NCBI RefSeq assembly: GCF_001949145.1
Contig: NW_019091359.1
Location: 1,562,540-1,626,539 of the forward strand
Direction of reading: 5' to 3'
DNA length: 64,000 nt
Origin: Acanthaster planci
Taxonomy: Eukaryota
Of the stretch, positions 35,272-48,383 are shown piece by piece. Position numbers and translations under genes: made by a program. How positions within the stretch are numbered: the first letter of the stretch is position 1; each line of letters begins with the position of its first letter. The notes beneath the pieces were generated by a model, which had not been told where the DNA came from, did no database searches, and saw only the letters and a program-made list of their open reading frames with translations.

Positions 35272-38200
35272 TTAAGCGAAATTTCTTGTTATCCTAGGCA
35301 TGCTGGAAAAGTGGAGCTACACCATGGATGTCTCCGCATCGATAGCTAAAGGTGGAAAACATTGTTAATTGATTGCCTGAATGAATCTAGGTTTGCAATC
35401 CTTCGACATAAGGCTGTTGGTAAGTTTGTTGCAATGTTACAATGTTAGAATATTCCAGACAGTCTTCATGGCATACATGTACTTCAATCGTTAATATTTT
35501 ATAGAAAATTAAGTTTAATGGAAATAAATTATCTTTTATGACGGCACTATATTTTTCAAAGAAAAACATTAGAACGGATGTTTGCAGTGTACATCTCTTG
35601 TTTTGTGCGTAAAACCGTTGTAGGTCGGTTTTATCCATCTAATTATAAATTTGTATCCACTTATTTACATACATGACGACGGTACATTAATTGTCCCCTG
35701 CTCCTCACAAAAATACAAAAATACAATAATATGATTTGGATTGCCAGCGCAATTTTGGATCAAAACTATTACTTGGGGCCAATTAAAAGCTAGGGTTTTC
35801 GAAACCAACGCATGCACAGCACAGATGTGGGTGTATACTTACACAAGAGACTTGAACTTGGTAAACGTCCTTCGGGAAAATAAGTTGCGAGGTTAGCTTT
35901 GACAACTAACTAGACTTACTAGATGTATAGTTTCATCGTACAATTGCCCTTGTAATTATGATCTTTAATTTGATGTTATTGTACGGATAACTGATGACCA
36001 GCACTTTGTTTTGCAGCTACACCCTTGTTCAAGATGACGGAGCAATACTCTTGCCTGGTTCTTTAACCGTGATAGTGCACGCACCAGAAAATTGACAACT
36101 TTTATGAATGGGCACCACTTTTCCAGCTCTTTAGTTGGGTCATAAGATTGTTACAATTGTATAAAAGTAGATCGCGTTCTTTTGCGTAGCTGGTTTTGTA
36201 CAGCATTCGATGTGAGAGAACGACCTAAAGTGTGCCACAAGGGACTTCAATACAGATGAGCTGTTAATCTTATTGGGAGATTCCGTGCCATCCCCTTGTT
36301 ATTGGTTTCTTGCTGTGGACAACTGGAAGACATGGACTGAGGAAACAGTTTACGCTACATGTGCGCATACTCGACAATTACCATGCATGCCCAGAACTAG
36401 CAAAATTAGGACCTGTTTGTTTGCTGCCACCAAGCTTCTCAAAGTCTTCACTGAATTCTGCAGTTGGAAAGCTGAAAAATTCTAATTACGCAACAAAAGG
36501 AACATGGTACGTGAATTGCAAACTTCAGTCTTAGCTAGATATGGGGAGTAATGACTTAATTAATGGGGAAAATGTCTCCTTTAATCACTACTAGCTCAGT
36601 TTGATACCTTAACCTGTAACAAAATAATGAAAAGCTCAAGCCGAGTTTAGAAAAAAAGCACAGAATCGTACTTCTCTGCTCTGCAAGTCCAAAACGATGA
36701 CAACTTAGAGTTTCGGGGGGGGGTATACGTACATACCAGCGAATCCTCAAAATCCTCAACATGTTTAAATTGAAGGGAAAACACAATATAGTTCACCTCA
36801 CTTAGATTGGTGCAGCCGCACAGCCAATGATCTGGTACAATTCAAGTGCAGTCCAGCCTTAATCAATCTATTGCAGCGCCCTCTGTCGTCTTTATAACAC
36901 GGGTCTAAAATTCACGGGACGTCAAACCAAATACGTAGTCGTCAGAACAGGGGCATCGTCATCAAACATCAGGTACCTCGAGTATAAAATACGGCAAGGA
37001 CCAGGTAAAGAAACACTGGCCATGAATAAAATTTTAAAATTCTCAAAACTACAATCTTTCACAGGGCGAAAACTCTGAAATCACACCTTATAATTAAGGT
37101 TATCCAAAACTCTTGCTCGATGCAGTCAGTTAATAAATTCTAACATTTCCCACTTTATTAATCTCCAACTTAAAAAAACACACAATCGAATCATAAATCA
37201 AACATTGACTTGCAGTAAATGGTACATGATAACTAACAAATGAAACCAAAAAGCATGGAAAATTTAGAGGGGAATTCTGACAGATCAACCAATGCCATTT
37301 TTGTTATTTTAAACAATGTCGAACAGCTAAGCAATCACAGCTTCGCACAAGTTCTTTTTGGTTATTGTCCACATTCATTGTGAAACAGATAAACTGTATT
37401 CCTGTAGCCCTATAGCACTCTCTTATACCCAGCGACATATAAATTCTAAATATTGTATATAGTTGGCCTTCTTAATTAAACGCTTATTTAGTCATCTACA
37501 ATGACTTAATTAAAGACAGACAGAATTTGAAGTTAATTAAACGATGTTGCCATTTCTAAGGAGGTACTTTCGATCAGTAAATATTATTGTTGCCGGCCTC
37601 GAGCCATATTAAAGGCAGAACAAATCGCCGCGCTTACATTCAGATTATATTTTGATCTTGGACTGTACAGAAACTAATCTGACACCTAATCTAATTACGA
37701 GTGCCTGCTGCGACGTTAACAGCCGACATTAATTAATCAAACTGAAGAAAGGGGCCCTGATATAACTTTGAATAGGGTCGGTTGCCCGGTAAGACTTCTG
37801 ATAAAGCACCGTACATTTTAAATGCTTCAGGATCTAAGTATCATCAACGTTTCCAAATCACTAAGCCTTGAAATTATACGCAGCGCGAGTGTATAATAGT
37901 GACCAAATAGAGTCGTATGCAGAGCCGTAGCCAAGTGATCTCGGAGCGGCCTAATATGCCTTATAACAACTTCTTCTTTATATACATCTTTGTCAACAAC
38001 ATAGTCCCCTCGAGGACAGTAACCACACGAATTCAATTCGAATGGTTTTCCCGTTTATCCAGTAACTGGTACTTGTGAGAATTTATCTGATGAGTATTAG
38101 TGGGACTTAGGCTAAGAAAACTTAAAAACAAGTGTTTTTTAACCCTTTCGTTATTCTATGTGACGGGCGTCTTGAAATCTGTGTACTCGGACGTGCAGGA

Positions 38201-38774
38201 CTGGCCTGGCTGGGTCTGCTGTCGAAGTGCTTTGAAGGCAATTTTGTTGCACAAAAACTCGTAATCTGTTGGCTGGGAGGCGTTTCAGTTAAATCCGCCC
38301 CTTCCATAAACCGATCGCCACTGATTTCTTTTCATCCTAAACTTGCACCGACTGGAGAAAATGTTTACGGAAAAAAGGATGCACTCTCTCAGAAGGCGAC
38401 TTTCTGAAATCCTCTTTAGATACACGTAGGACATTTGTATAATCTACTATTTTGGTTCCAACAATTATTGAGCTCGATAAAAACAGCTCTGACCATATTT
38501 GAACAAAGAGGACTTTAATTTTTCAATTCCAACTTTTATATACATGTACATAGTGCATCATGGAAACGTTGCTCATCTACATTGTCTTCAGGTTATTTGC
38601 ATACCTGTGAATGTGCATCAAACTGCCCTATTTTGGTTGACCTGAGTACCCCAGTGTTGTCTTCCGGGCTATATTGTATTACCGATTAATAGTTATTTAA
38701 AATCGCTTTCAATCTATTAGAGAGAGCCACTGCAGCAGAAAACAATGATTCGAACAACTTACGAACGTTACGAA

Positions 38775-39345
38775 CTGACCGAAATGGTCAGTTGGTCACG
38801 TCATAAGTGAAGGAAATTATGGCGTTGTTAAGGAAAAGTTAACTAATGTGTCCAGCAAGAGGGATATATCATCACGAATTTGAAGAGATATGACATGGGC
38901 CCCGAAAAACAGCATGGAGGGCACGAAAATCAGGCCGGTGAGGAAGAGCATTGTGATCCAGTCTTCCGCTGGAGAGGCGGGGCTTTGACCTGACCGCGTT
39001 TGTTGTCTGATTTGCGAGTTGGCTGCGTTGACGCACTCATTTGCCGTATCTGCAGCGGCTGGCGTGCAATCGCAGTTGGTTTTTTTCTGGACGTACAATG
39101 CCGGAAGTGATATCGATAGTTTCTGTTGATAAGGATGCTGGTGCTGGATGAAGGAGTTACCAGGCACTCCCAGGACTAATATCATCGCAAGGTATACGAG
39201 TGGCGCTGCTGCTAACCCAGCTAACATCCCTCATCAGGCAGAGCCATCCCATATTATCCTATGCCATCTGCGGTTTCGATGACCCTCACATTTCCTGCAT
39301 TAGTCTTCCAATATCTCAAATTACAAAAATGATGAGTGGAAATTC
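38775..39345 (-). pseudogene. Internally deleted GPCR pseudogene (paralog of 41810-43082)
   Basis: LAAAPLVYLAMILVLGVPGNSFI (TM1) is joined directly to ICL3-like sequence, then ITMLFLTGLIFVPS...VISLQIR (TM6) and NNAI (TM7). Nucleotide similarity to 41880-42220 and 42880-43140. Confidence 0.8.
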
Positions 39346-39494
39346 TTTCCTACCAAGTAACAGACGGAGATCAGTAGGCCTTGTCCCATTCTGTAAAAAT
39401 GCACTGACATTGGTTAGATTAGTGTTAAACAAGTAACGTGTTATGTAAAGACAATGAAAATGGGTTTGAGTTAACCGGCAACAAACATCAAGTA

Positions 39495-40430
39495 AGGTTA
39501 CCATGTTAGTAGAGACACCACACTGATGGTGAAGAGAATTCTGGTTGTCTACGCTGAAAGACAACAGTGTCGGCCTTAGGTACTGCGTGTTCAGCATTAC
39601 TGAGGATTTGACTTAGATTACCGCTCCCGATCACGACGAGAGAGTCTCAGTCTTCTTTGATGTACCGGTACGTGTGGTCATTTTTCACCGACACAATCTT
39701 TCTCGCTGACATTTGTCGACACCAAAGAAACTGCATTGGTCTTTGGATGGACGGTTGAGAGCGCAGCAGTGGACAGCCTTGTCAACCTTGCACCATCTCT
39801 CCTCGAGCAGTCGTGGTCCGTAGCTTTAGCTCTAGTACGAACTCTGACGGGTTTCCTGATGGAAACTTTCCCGTGACATACAGCGATCATCACTAAACCG
39901 CGATGAAGCAAAGTACTTGGAAAGCCTGTCCCACAGTCGTCAATGTAAGGTCGTCAGTCTTAGGGATAAAAGTTGGAATTTTGATGACAAAAGAAAATAC
40001 CAGCACTGCCCCGGCTGTTATCACGCCTCGTCTGTTTGTGAATAAGCGGTGATGTGGTCGGCAAAATCAGTCGTAGCGGTCAGCTACTATCAATGCAGTC
40101 ATCATCATAAATGATGTACCAATAGCCATTTTGTTAAATGCCTGGATGATTCGTTCGATCTTAAAGAATACATTACCCACGAAAATATCAGCCACAAATA
40201 CAGCGCTGCAACAAATGCGATTTACAACGAACAGAGAAATATGGAGGGCTGCGTAGCACAGTGATCAGAATATCGACAGGAATATAATATCAAATCAGTG
40301 GCAATCACATATTTCAGAGCACTGATTTTACACCAAGCAGACTTGGGTTGGAAGAGGAAAGATCCCCCTCAGTGCTGTCGTAAGTGGTGGTCGAATTCGG
40401 CGCGGAAGTGTTATCCCAGAGAGCTATTTT
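39495..40430 (-). pseudogene. Fragmented GPCR pseudogene (paralog of GPCR-4/5)
   Basis: Nucleotide blocks match 51640-52480 and 45750-46500 (e.g. GATGTACCGGTACGTGTGG, CAGTCGTAGCGGTCAGC encoding ADRYD). It has frameshifts, deletions and a lost start codon; 40350-40500 matches the 5' ends of GPCR-4/5. Confidence 0.85.
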
Positions 40431-40602
40431 CATGCGTTATCCTCAGCCCAGATGTATATATAGTCTGGTGAGCTCACGACAGAACAACAGACGATGGTTT
40501 CGACTGCGAGGAAAAATCCATTCTCTACTCGGAATGCAAGTGGCGAGTAATAGGCGTGAAGGAAAAATACAGTACCTAGAGCAGAGCCGAATAATGCCAA
40601 GA

Positions 40603-41330
40603 GATTGACCAATCACAGCTTCGTACGAGTTCATTATGGTTACTGTAATTGGGGCATTGTCAATTATTTAAACTGTATTCCTGCGTAAGACTGTATAATC
40701 TCTAGCCACGTGTAAATTTCAACAATGGTCTTGTAAACTGCTGGCTTTGGCAGACCTTACCTACTTATTTAGTCATATACTCATTGCTTATTGTAAACAC
40801 TGAAGACAAGGGCGTTTTTTTATATAAAGAAATAAGATTTCTTGGGAACTACTTTGAAACAGGTTAATTGTTGTCGACCTCGAACCGCAGCAAAGGAAGG
40901 AAAAATTCCCGCTCCTTAATTCCAAGTTTAATTCAATCAGAGTACGCACAGATAGTGATTTCTGACCGTACTCAATCGAGAGTGTGTGACGCGGTGTTTT
41001 CAACCCGCTTTCATTAAATTGAAGCAAAAGGACCTCGATTCAATACAGCATGGGTCAGCGGCTTGTTAATATATTTTCAAAGTAGGCGTCCATTAAGTTT
41101 TCGCCACAGGCCTGAATAGGTACCAGATAGTGGCAAGGTGGACGATGATGGAAACCTTTTTAAATAGAGCATAAAAAATTTGATATGAATTTCTGGCAGC
41201 CCCGTAATATATACGTAGCAGCTGCAACTTATTGAGCAGAAACATATCATAGCCTACTGGAAGTATTATAACCACAACTTTAGACCTTAAGAGTCCATAA
41301 TCTGCCTCAAATGCCTCAAATCCCTTAAGT
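40603..41330 (-). repeat. Duplicated ~700-bp upstream region of GPCR-4/5-type genes (copy 1; others ~47015-47720 and ~52883-53630)
   Basis: Shared blocks GACCAATCACAGCT, GAGCC(A/G)CAGCAAAGG-like, AGAGTGTGTGACG(C/T)GG.GTTTTCAAC and CCTGAATAGG in the same order in all three copies. Confidence 0.85.
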
Positions 41331-41809
41331 AGCGGCCGCCAGTCGCGACCACAAGAACATGGTGTCAGAAATGTTTGCACAGGGTCCAAAAAATGCACCC
41401 CGTCCCTTGGCACTACCCAGCTTCTGTACACCGCCGGAACCTTAGGAGTATTTTGTCGGAAACCGAAAGAATAGGCCGCGTGCAAATTAACTTGGCCTCT
41501 GCTGGAAGTCCAACAAACGTCTGCGAAAGCCGCGGCTGTTGGCATATCCCATGAACACGTGCTGTTTCCTACCAGGAACTTAACTGTACGATTTTACACT
41601 ATGTGGCCGACTGCAAATGTTTCAAAAAGAAAAATGAAGTTCTTCACATTGTGCTGTTGGTTCCTGAAAGCAGCACCATTCAAACTCAAAAAGTCGAATA
41701 GTTACATAAGACACAAAATAGAAATACGTTTTGATTAGATTAATGCAGATTAAACTTACGACATTTTCCACGAGAACACGCTGACAAACTATCGGCATCA
41801 AAAGGCCCC

Positions 41810-43082
41810 CTAGCGGCGTTTCATTCTGCGAAGAGCGTCACTGAGTCCTTGCGAAATCGTCGGTTGGCCACGCAAAAATGAACGGATTTATGGCGTTGTT
41901 GGGAAGAAGTTAACTAATGTTTTCAGCATGAGGGACCTTTCAGCACGAATTTGAAGAGATATGACAACGGCCCAGTAAGGCAGCCAGGAGAGTATGAAAA
42001 TCAGGCCGGTGACGAAGAGCATTGTGGTAGTCTTCCGCTGGAGAGGCGGGGCGTTGACCTGACCGTGTCTATTGTCGGGTGTGCGAGTAGGCTTCGCTAA
42101 CGCACCAGTCATCACATCTGCAATTTCAGGTCGGGTGGAATAGTCGGATGAGTATTCGCGTCGGTCAGCGTGCAATTGCAGTTGGTTTCCTGCGAGTGTA
42201 CAAGTCTGGAAGTGGCTTTGATAGTTTCAGAACGCTCTTTGCTTCAATCCTGCCCAGTGATTATTCGCTCGAAGCTGGGAGAGTAGAACTGCTTTGCTTT
42301 GAGGCAACCGTTGTAATCATAGGAATAATAGATGAAGTTTTGAGCACTGCAGACCTTCAGAATGCCAGTTTTAATCGATCCCCATAGATCTCAAGTGGCA
42401 GTTTATGGTGAGGAAGAAATTTTTACCGTTACACACCGATACCACAGCTAACACGGTAGCCAAAATAGTTATACGGAGCGTCTGATCTACCACCGCAAGC
42501 GAAGCAATGCTCACGCCGCTGGAGACTTCAACAAACATACAAAGGGATGTGCCCAACTATGGAGGTACGGGGGGAAGCGAGGGTCGCCGTCTTGGCCCGT
42601 CCGCCAGTCATAACGCGCCGGGTAGTGCGGCACACGCTGCCGTAGCAATCGAACACAATCACTCCCCTCAACAGGACGGGCGTGCCGATACAGGCACGTC
42701 TGGACGAAGCAGTCGAAGCGCTGCAAGTATGTGTCTGGTATGTCCATCCCGGAAATATACATGGAGTAGCGCACCGCGTACCAGACACGCAACAAGCAAA
42801 TGATCATGTCCACCAAGGCCCGCCCCGTGATGGGAATGTTGGCACTGGATTTGTGCGACTTGTTCCGGTACACATAGACGATGAAGGAGTTACCAGGCAC
42901 TCACAGGATTAAAATGGTAGAAAAACATACCAGGAGGGCTGCTGCTAACCTGGCAACAAGGTGATATCCCTCCTTAGGCAGAGCCGTCCCATCCGTCCTG
43001 TTGCCCTCGGCAGTTTCGACGACCCTCACATTTCCTGTATCAGCCCTTCAGAGTCTTGAGATACACAAATAATGAATAGCAT
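41810..43082 (-). pseudogene. Near full-length GPCR pseudogene
   Basis: TILIL*VPGNSFIVYVY (in-frame stop in TM1), ALVDMIICL, VFDCYGSVCR (degenerate DRY), LQRKTTTMLFVTGLIFILSWLPYW, frameshifted NNAINPFIF/GVANRRFRKDS. The 5' limit is approximate. Confidence 0.88.
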
Positions 43083-45557
43083 TTCTTTCCAATCAGATGG
43101 AGATCAGAGGTCTCACTCTATAAAAACGTACTGACATTCACCATTCTTCCATGAAGGTTTGAATAAGCAGTCTTATTAGTTACATAGCAGTGCAAAGAGC
43201 TTTGGTAAACGCATGCGGATCGCTGCTGCAGCTTTCAACTCCCCGCCGACTCATCTGCATCCGGAGCATGTCCGAGGGAAAGAAACCCGGTCGTCTGTTG
43301 CCTTCTTGCAATTGCAGAGGCTTCATTTTCTGCCCTAGCATGAAAGATGATCATCAAACTATACCTTCGTGACCACCGAGTTTCCTGGCCAATTTCCTCA
43401 TCAATAACATCTAACAATGTGCAGAGAGCATATCTGTTCTTAAGGTAAACGCGACCCACTGACCTGAATGATTCATCAAGACCTATTATCCATTTTACAG
43501 TCATTTGACTATTAAACGGCCCTGTGTGTGTTCCTTCGTGAGAGTTTTTTGGTCACTTCGCCACAAACATTGGCCAAATAACGTGTGTTTTTTACCGAAG
43601 CGGCTGTCGCCAAATTGCCACCAATAGCCATGTGACATCCTTAGCAAGAGCCACGATTTCATCCATGATTGTTTGCTTTTCACTGTAGGCACGACCATTC
43701 AAACGGCAGAATTCTCCCTAGAGACACCAATGATGCAATGACATCTTGGAAACAAGGCGTGCGTCTTGTCTGGGGAAAAGTACAGAAAAAGAAAGTACAT
43801 TAACACAGACCCCAACCCTGCAGTTGTCTTGGTCTCACAAAGATCAGTCTTCCATTCGCCTTTGTACCTGCCATAAAATTAAACACATTCTTGTAGTACT
43901 TAAGGAAATAGCAGGCAAATTAGATATCATGTCCTAACAAATGTAATCTTAAGGAATGTGTTTTTTATGTCATTTTTTCCTCTGTTTTTTTAAATTCTTG
44001 TTTGAAGATGTATCAGTGGGTCAAAGTTCAAATCTCCAGGTCGTGGCAGACTGATCTAGATAACCACCACAGACTAAGAGATGTTAAGGGTGCAGAGAGA
44101 TTGAGTTTTGGAGTCAGTTATCTCCACGATTTCTATTTTTTTGACTGCGCCATCACTCTAAATTCCTGTAGCGATGTAGTGTTCTTGTTTTATGGGTCAA
44201 TTTATGCCCTACGATATTTTCTTCGCAAGCAGGCTGGCTTGTGAATTTACAGCAGCAAAAATGAAGTCCTGCTTGGTTTTATTATTACCTTAGCGATGAG
44301 GGTCTCCCTCACGTAACAACATCGACAGCAACCGTAAGTTAGAGCATTCGATTGTTTTCATACTTCAATTCAAAAAAGAAAGCGTAGTTTCTGTTCTTAC
44401 ATTTATGATGTGACTCACCAGGATATGTTTTGAATTAAAAAACTCAAACTGCAAACTGCTTGAAATCATTTCACTGCTTGAAGATTTAACTTTGCTAACA
44501 CAATTAGAGAAGTCTGATCGCAGGAAAAGCGTCATTGGAGGTAGTTCCTTCAGTCAAGTAGCGAAATGACTTGTTTCAGCAGATAGCTGGATTCCAATTT
44601 ATTGTTCAAATTCACAGATACTTGCAGACGGCCGGGCCTGATCTTTTTTTGACAGGCCAAATCTTTACAATATGTGACGCCACGGCGCCATGATCAAGTA
44701 GCACGGCTGAAGGCAGTATGCAGCAAGGCAGCGTACACGTTCGAAGTAACCGTCCGTGTCTCCAAAAGTGGGTGATCTACCTAATGGAATGAATTCTTCA
44801 ACTAGCAGCTAATATGTCGACTATACGTGAGAAAAAAAAACGAGGAAAACTATTCAACTTATTGACTTCGTTCGCACAGACTGGCACAAGAGTGGAGTTG
44901 CGAAAAATGTGGTAATCCCGTGCCATTTCTGAAGAGACTCTTCAAATAGACGTGCACAAATATATAATGGTGGTCTATTAGAACAGTGTGAATATAAAGT
45001 TTATAGAAAATGCACATGTTCACTCGTTCAGTTTGATATAATTGCTTTTAAAATTGTAATTTGACGGTGTGGATGAATTTAATCTCTCTATTCCATGTAA
45101 TAGTTAAAGTTAAAACAATTTTTTTATCTACCGAAATATAAGCTGGAGCCTGAAGTGTTGTAGGAATGATTGATTTTAATTTGAGGGAATCAATTACTGC
45201 CACAGGTGTTTATGGATATTATATTTCTCTTTGGATTTGAGCATTAAATTAGGAAGATAACCTGCATTCCTATGGTATAATTAACTATTCCATTCGCACG
45301 AAAATTAAAACACCTTTACTTAAACTAAAATTAGTCAGCGACAAGTCACATATCAACTGTTAACGGCAAGCTCTTAAAGTTAATGTATGAAGGTTTACCT
45401 TAAACGGCAGAGGTTCATGCCGTTAAAATTGCTTCCCTGTCCTCATTCCGAAAAAACTGTTTCCAGTCGTGTTTTTTTCAGTAATCGATTATTTTTGTCT
45501 GTATTTGTGTGAAAGAAGTAAATTTGTTTGTACAAGTAATACAATTATGGGTTTAGA

Positions 45558-46844
45558 TTAACAGCCCTTGATCCTCTTGAGAACTAACTTGCAGTCTTTC
45601 CTAAACCGCCTGTTTGCCAGTCCGTAAATTAGTGGATTAACAGCATTGTTGATGTAAAGTGTAATGTAGAGTTTCTCCATTATTCTATAGTACACTGGAT
45701 TAGCGTAGGAGGCAAATTGCCCGCTAACCATCACCCAGTAGGGCAACCACGTCAGTAGAAACACCACACTGGTGATGAAGAGCATTCTGGTTGTCTTACG
45801 CTGAAAGACAGCAGCATCAGCCTTTGGTACTGCGCGTCCAGCATCACCGAGGATTTGACTTAGAATGCCGTTCCCGATCACGATGAGAGAGTCTGTGTTC
45901 TTTGATGTACCGGTACGTGTGGTCATTCTTGCTGATGACGGTCGACCAAAATGTGGCTTCTTGCTTTCGTCAAGGGATGGCTCGTCAACACCAGCATCAT
46001 GGCTCGAGGCTTCCTCTACCTGCGCCATGCCGGCATCAGCTTTTTGGCTCGAGCATGGTTTGCTGACAGATGCCGACACCGAAGAAACTGCATTCAAATG
46101 GGTCTTTGGATGGACGGTTGTGAACGCAGCAGTGGATAGCTTTGTCGAGCATTCGTCACCTACCCTCGAAGAGAAGCGATCCCCACTTTTGGCTCCAGCA
46201 TCGACTTTGACGTGTTTCTTGATGGTTAGGTAAACCCTTCCATAACATATCGTGATCATCACCATGGCCGTGATGAAGCAAAATGCTTGGAAAGCTTGTT
46301 CTACAGTCGTCAATGTAAGGTTGTCGGTTCTAGGGATAAAAGCTGGAATGTTGATGAGGAGTGAAAATACCAGCACTGCCCCGGCTGTTATCTTGCCTCG
46401 TCTGTACGTGAAGAACCGGCGATGTGGTCGGCAAACGCAGTCGTAGCGGTCAGCTGCAATCACTGCAGTCATCATAATTGAAGTGGCAATGGCCAATTTG
46501 TTGAATGCCCAGATAAAAAGCAGGATATTAGAGAAATCATTACTCACGACAGCATTAGCCACGATTGCAGCGCCTAGATAAATACGAGTTACACCAAGCA
46601 GGCAGACACAGAGGTCTGCCCAGGCTAAACTCATGATGAAAACGTGTGTGCTGGTTTTCAGAGGTTTACTCCAGTAGACAAAGAGAACGAGGCAGTTACC
46701 GGGCACACCGAATAAGAAGACAATTATGTCCAAGACCAGTTCATGCATCATGTTTGAGCCAGTGTCGGACGAGACAAGATCTCCCTCTGCGCTTTCATAA
46801 GCGACATTAAAATTTAACATGGAAGTGTTTTCCATGAATGCCAT
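45558..46844 (-). CDS. Single-exon class A orphan GPCR, 428 aa (GPCR-4)
   Basis: MAFMENTS (alternative start 46835), GVPGNCLV, LAWADLC, AADRYDCVCRP, FQRKTTRMLFITSVVFLLTWLPYW, NNAVNPLIYGLANRRFRKDC. Confidence 0.95.
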   Translation of the reverse strand: MAFMENTSMLNFNVAYESAEGDLVSSDTGSNMMHELVLDIIVFLFGVPGNCLVLFVYWSKPLKTSTHVFIMSLAWADLCVCLLGVTRIYLGAAIVANAVVSNDFSNILLFIWAFNKLAIATSIMMTAVIAADRYDCVCRPHRRFFTYRRGKITAGAVLVFSLLINIPAFIPRTDNLTLTTVEQAFQAFCFITAMVMITICYGRVYLTIKKHVKVDAGAKSGDRFSSRVGDECSTKLSTAAFTTVHPKTHLNAVSSVSASVSKPCSSQKADAGMAQVEEASSHDAGVDEPSLDESKKPHFGRPSSARMTTRTGTSKNTDSLIVIGNGILSQILGDAGRAVPKADAAVFQRKTTRMLFITSVVFLLTWLPYWVMVSGQFASYANPVYYRIMEKLYITLYINNAVNPLIYGLANRRFRKDCKLVLKRIKGC

Positions 46845-47014
46845 TTCCTGCACAATCCTCAACTCAGATGTATGGTGGCGTTTCCTCGGGAGAGAAGAGA
46901 CGATGGCTTTGACTGTGAAGAGCAACTCCCTCGGCAGTCGAAATACAAAAGGCAAGCATCTGCGTGTAAGGAAAGGGGAAAAGGTACCTGAAACACAGCT
47001 TTGCAGTGCCGACC

Positions 47015-47032
47015 GATTGACCAATCACAGCT
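47015..47032. promoter_or_regulatory. Conserved CCAAT-box (NF-Y-like) motif upstream of GPCR-4
   Basis: GATTGACCAATCACAGCT; the same motif is at ~40603 and ~52883, and inverted at ~55799 upstream of the + strand GPCR-6. Confidence 0.6.
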
Positions 47033-48175
47033 TTGCACACACTCATAATGGCTATTGTCATCGAATCATTGCTTGCCACTAAAACTGCATGTCTGTGTGA
47101 AACTCGACCATCTCTTGCCACATGTAAATTCCAACAGTGATTTTGTAAACAGCAGGCTTTGGTAGAAATAACATACAAAGTTAGTAATACACTCATTGCA
47201 GATCTTAAGCACAAAAAGACAAGAGGCGGTTTAAATAAATAATACTTAACGTTTCTCGGGAGCTGCTTTGAATCAAGTGAATTGTTGCCGAACTTGAGCC
47301 ACAGCAAAGGTAAAAAATGCCGTTCCTTCATTCTACTTATATTTTAATATGAGTATACATATGTAGAAACTGATTTCTGACACAATTTAATTTAGAGTGT
47401 GTGACGTGGTGTTTTCAACTCGCCTTTATTAAATTGAAGAAAGAGGACCTCGTCGAGAATTTTTTTGAAAAGCGGACATCTATTACATTTTTGGTTCGAG
47501 CCTGAATAGGTACCAGATACTGCCAAGGGATAGGATTGGAGCTTTTTCTTCAACAGCCCGTGGATATTTCTTGGACATGATTTTCTGAAGGCCACTGGAT
47601 ATTTTTGTGGTAGTGGAACTAGGAGAAAGATATCCCAATAGAACTATTATAACCTGAACTGTAAAGCTTAGAAGTTCAAAAACCTTTCTCAATACCTTGA
47701 CTCCAGTTGCCTGAAAATAAGTGGCCGTCGTCAGACAATATGTTGCAAAGATCAGTCCACCATTCGCCTTTCTACCAGCCACAAAATTCCAAACATACTC
47801 GTGATACTGAAGTCTTGGAGTGTTAACAATTGCGTTTCCTCTAAATTATTTTATCCTTGGGTTTGTTTTAATGCTTGTTAGAATATGTATGAGTGGGTCA
47901 ACTTAACAGGGCCAAGACGGACTGATCTAGGTAACAACACAGACCATTCCGCACACATACCTCAAGAGGCATCTTCCTCAAACATTCGTACACTCAATAC
48001 GTGTGTGTGTGCTATCTCCACTCTGGTAAGAATGATAATTTGAATGTTTGTGAGTATGCATTTGAATGAGACTGGGAATGAGGTTAAGTGTTGAATGAGT
48101 GCAAGAGAATGAGGTAGTGATTGTGCACAGGTGGACGAAGGACACAAAGGGTGTGTTTGCGGGGTAGGATTACTG

Positions 48176-48383
48176 CGTATTACACTCTGGAGAAGGCGTA
48201 TATAGCGAGAGTATACTCTCGCTCAATCGCGGGTCGCACTCCAGCTGATCGAGAGCTCAGGAGTATACTCGTGTTAACACACACAGCTCGCTCGAACGCA
48301 CCCAAGGAGTTTGAACTGCCCACGCTGTTCCATCTGGCTAATTACTACTTTCTGGCATGCTAAGTGTGTCCAGAGTGTAACGC
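48176..48383. mobile_element. Putative MITE (~210 bp) with an internal perfect palindrome
   Basis: TTACACTCTGGA ... TCCAGAGTGTAA inverted ends; 20-bp palindrome AGCGAGAGTATACTCTCGCT at 48204-48223. Confidence 0.55.

Noticed and set aside
43190..43720. Short minus-strand ORFs with a faint resemblance to a transposase N-terminus (SWMKSWLLLR)
   Set aside because: No catalytic motifs or TIRs found; the resemblance is too weak to call without a profile search.
45865..46446. Recurrent antisense ORFs over the GPCR genes (e.g. 45865-46233, 46252-46446, 52136-52330, 56451-56648, 29660-30103)
   Set aside because: Their similarity to each other just mirrors the sense-strand paralogy; there is no independent coding signature.
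45558..46844. Possibility that the receptors are opsins
   Set aside because: Position 7.43 is Tyr (LYINNAVNP), not the retinal-binding Lys; the nearby Lys is at about 7.37.
46845..47024. ~60-codon non-AUG N-terminal extensions of GPCR-4 and GPCR-5 (shared HTSELRIVQ)
   Set aside because: They start at TTG/GTG near the CCAAT motif, are alignable only near the ATG, and the homologous stretch in GPCR-6 (QVRIVHETT) is out of frame. Best explained as homologous 5' UTR.
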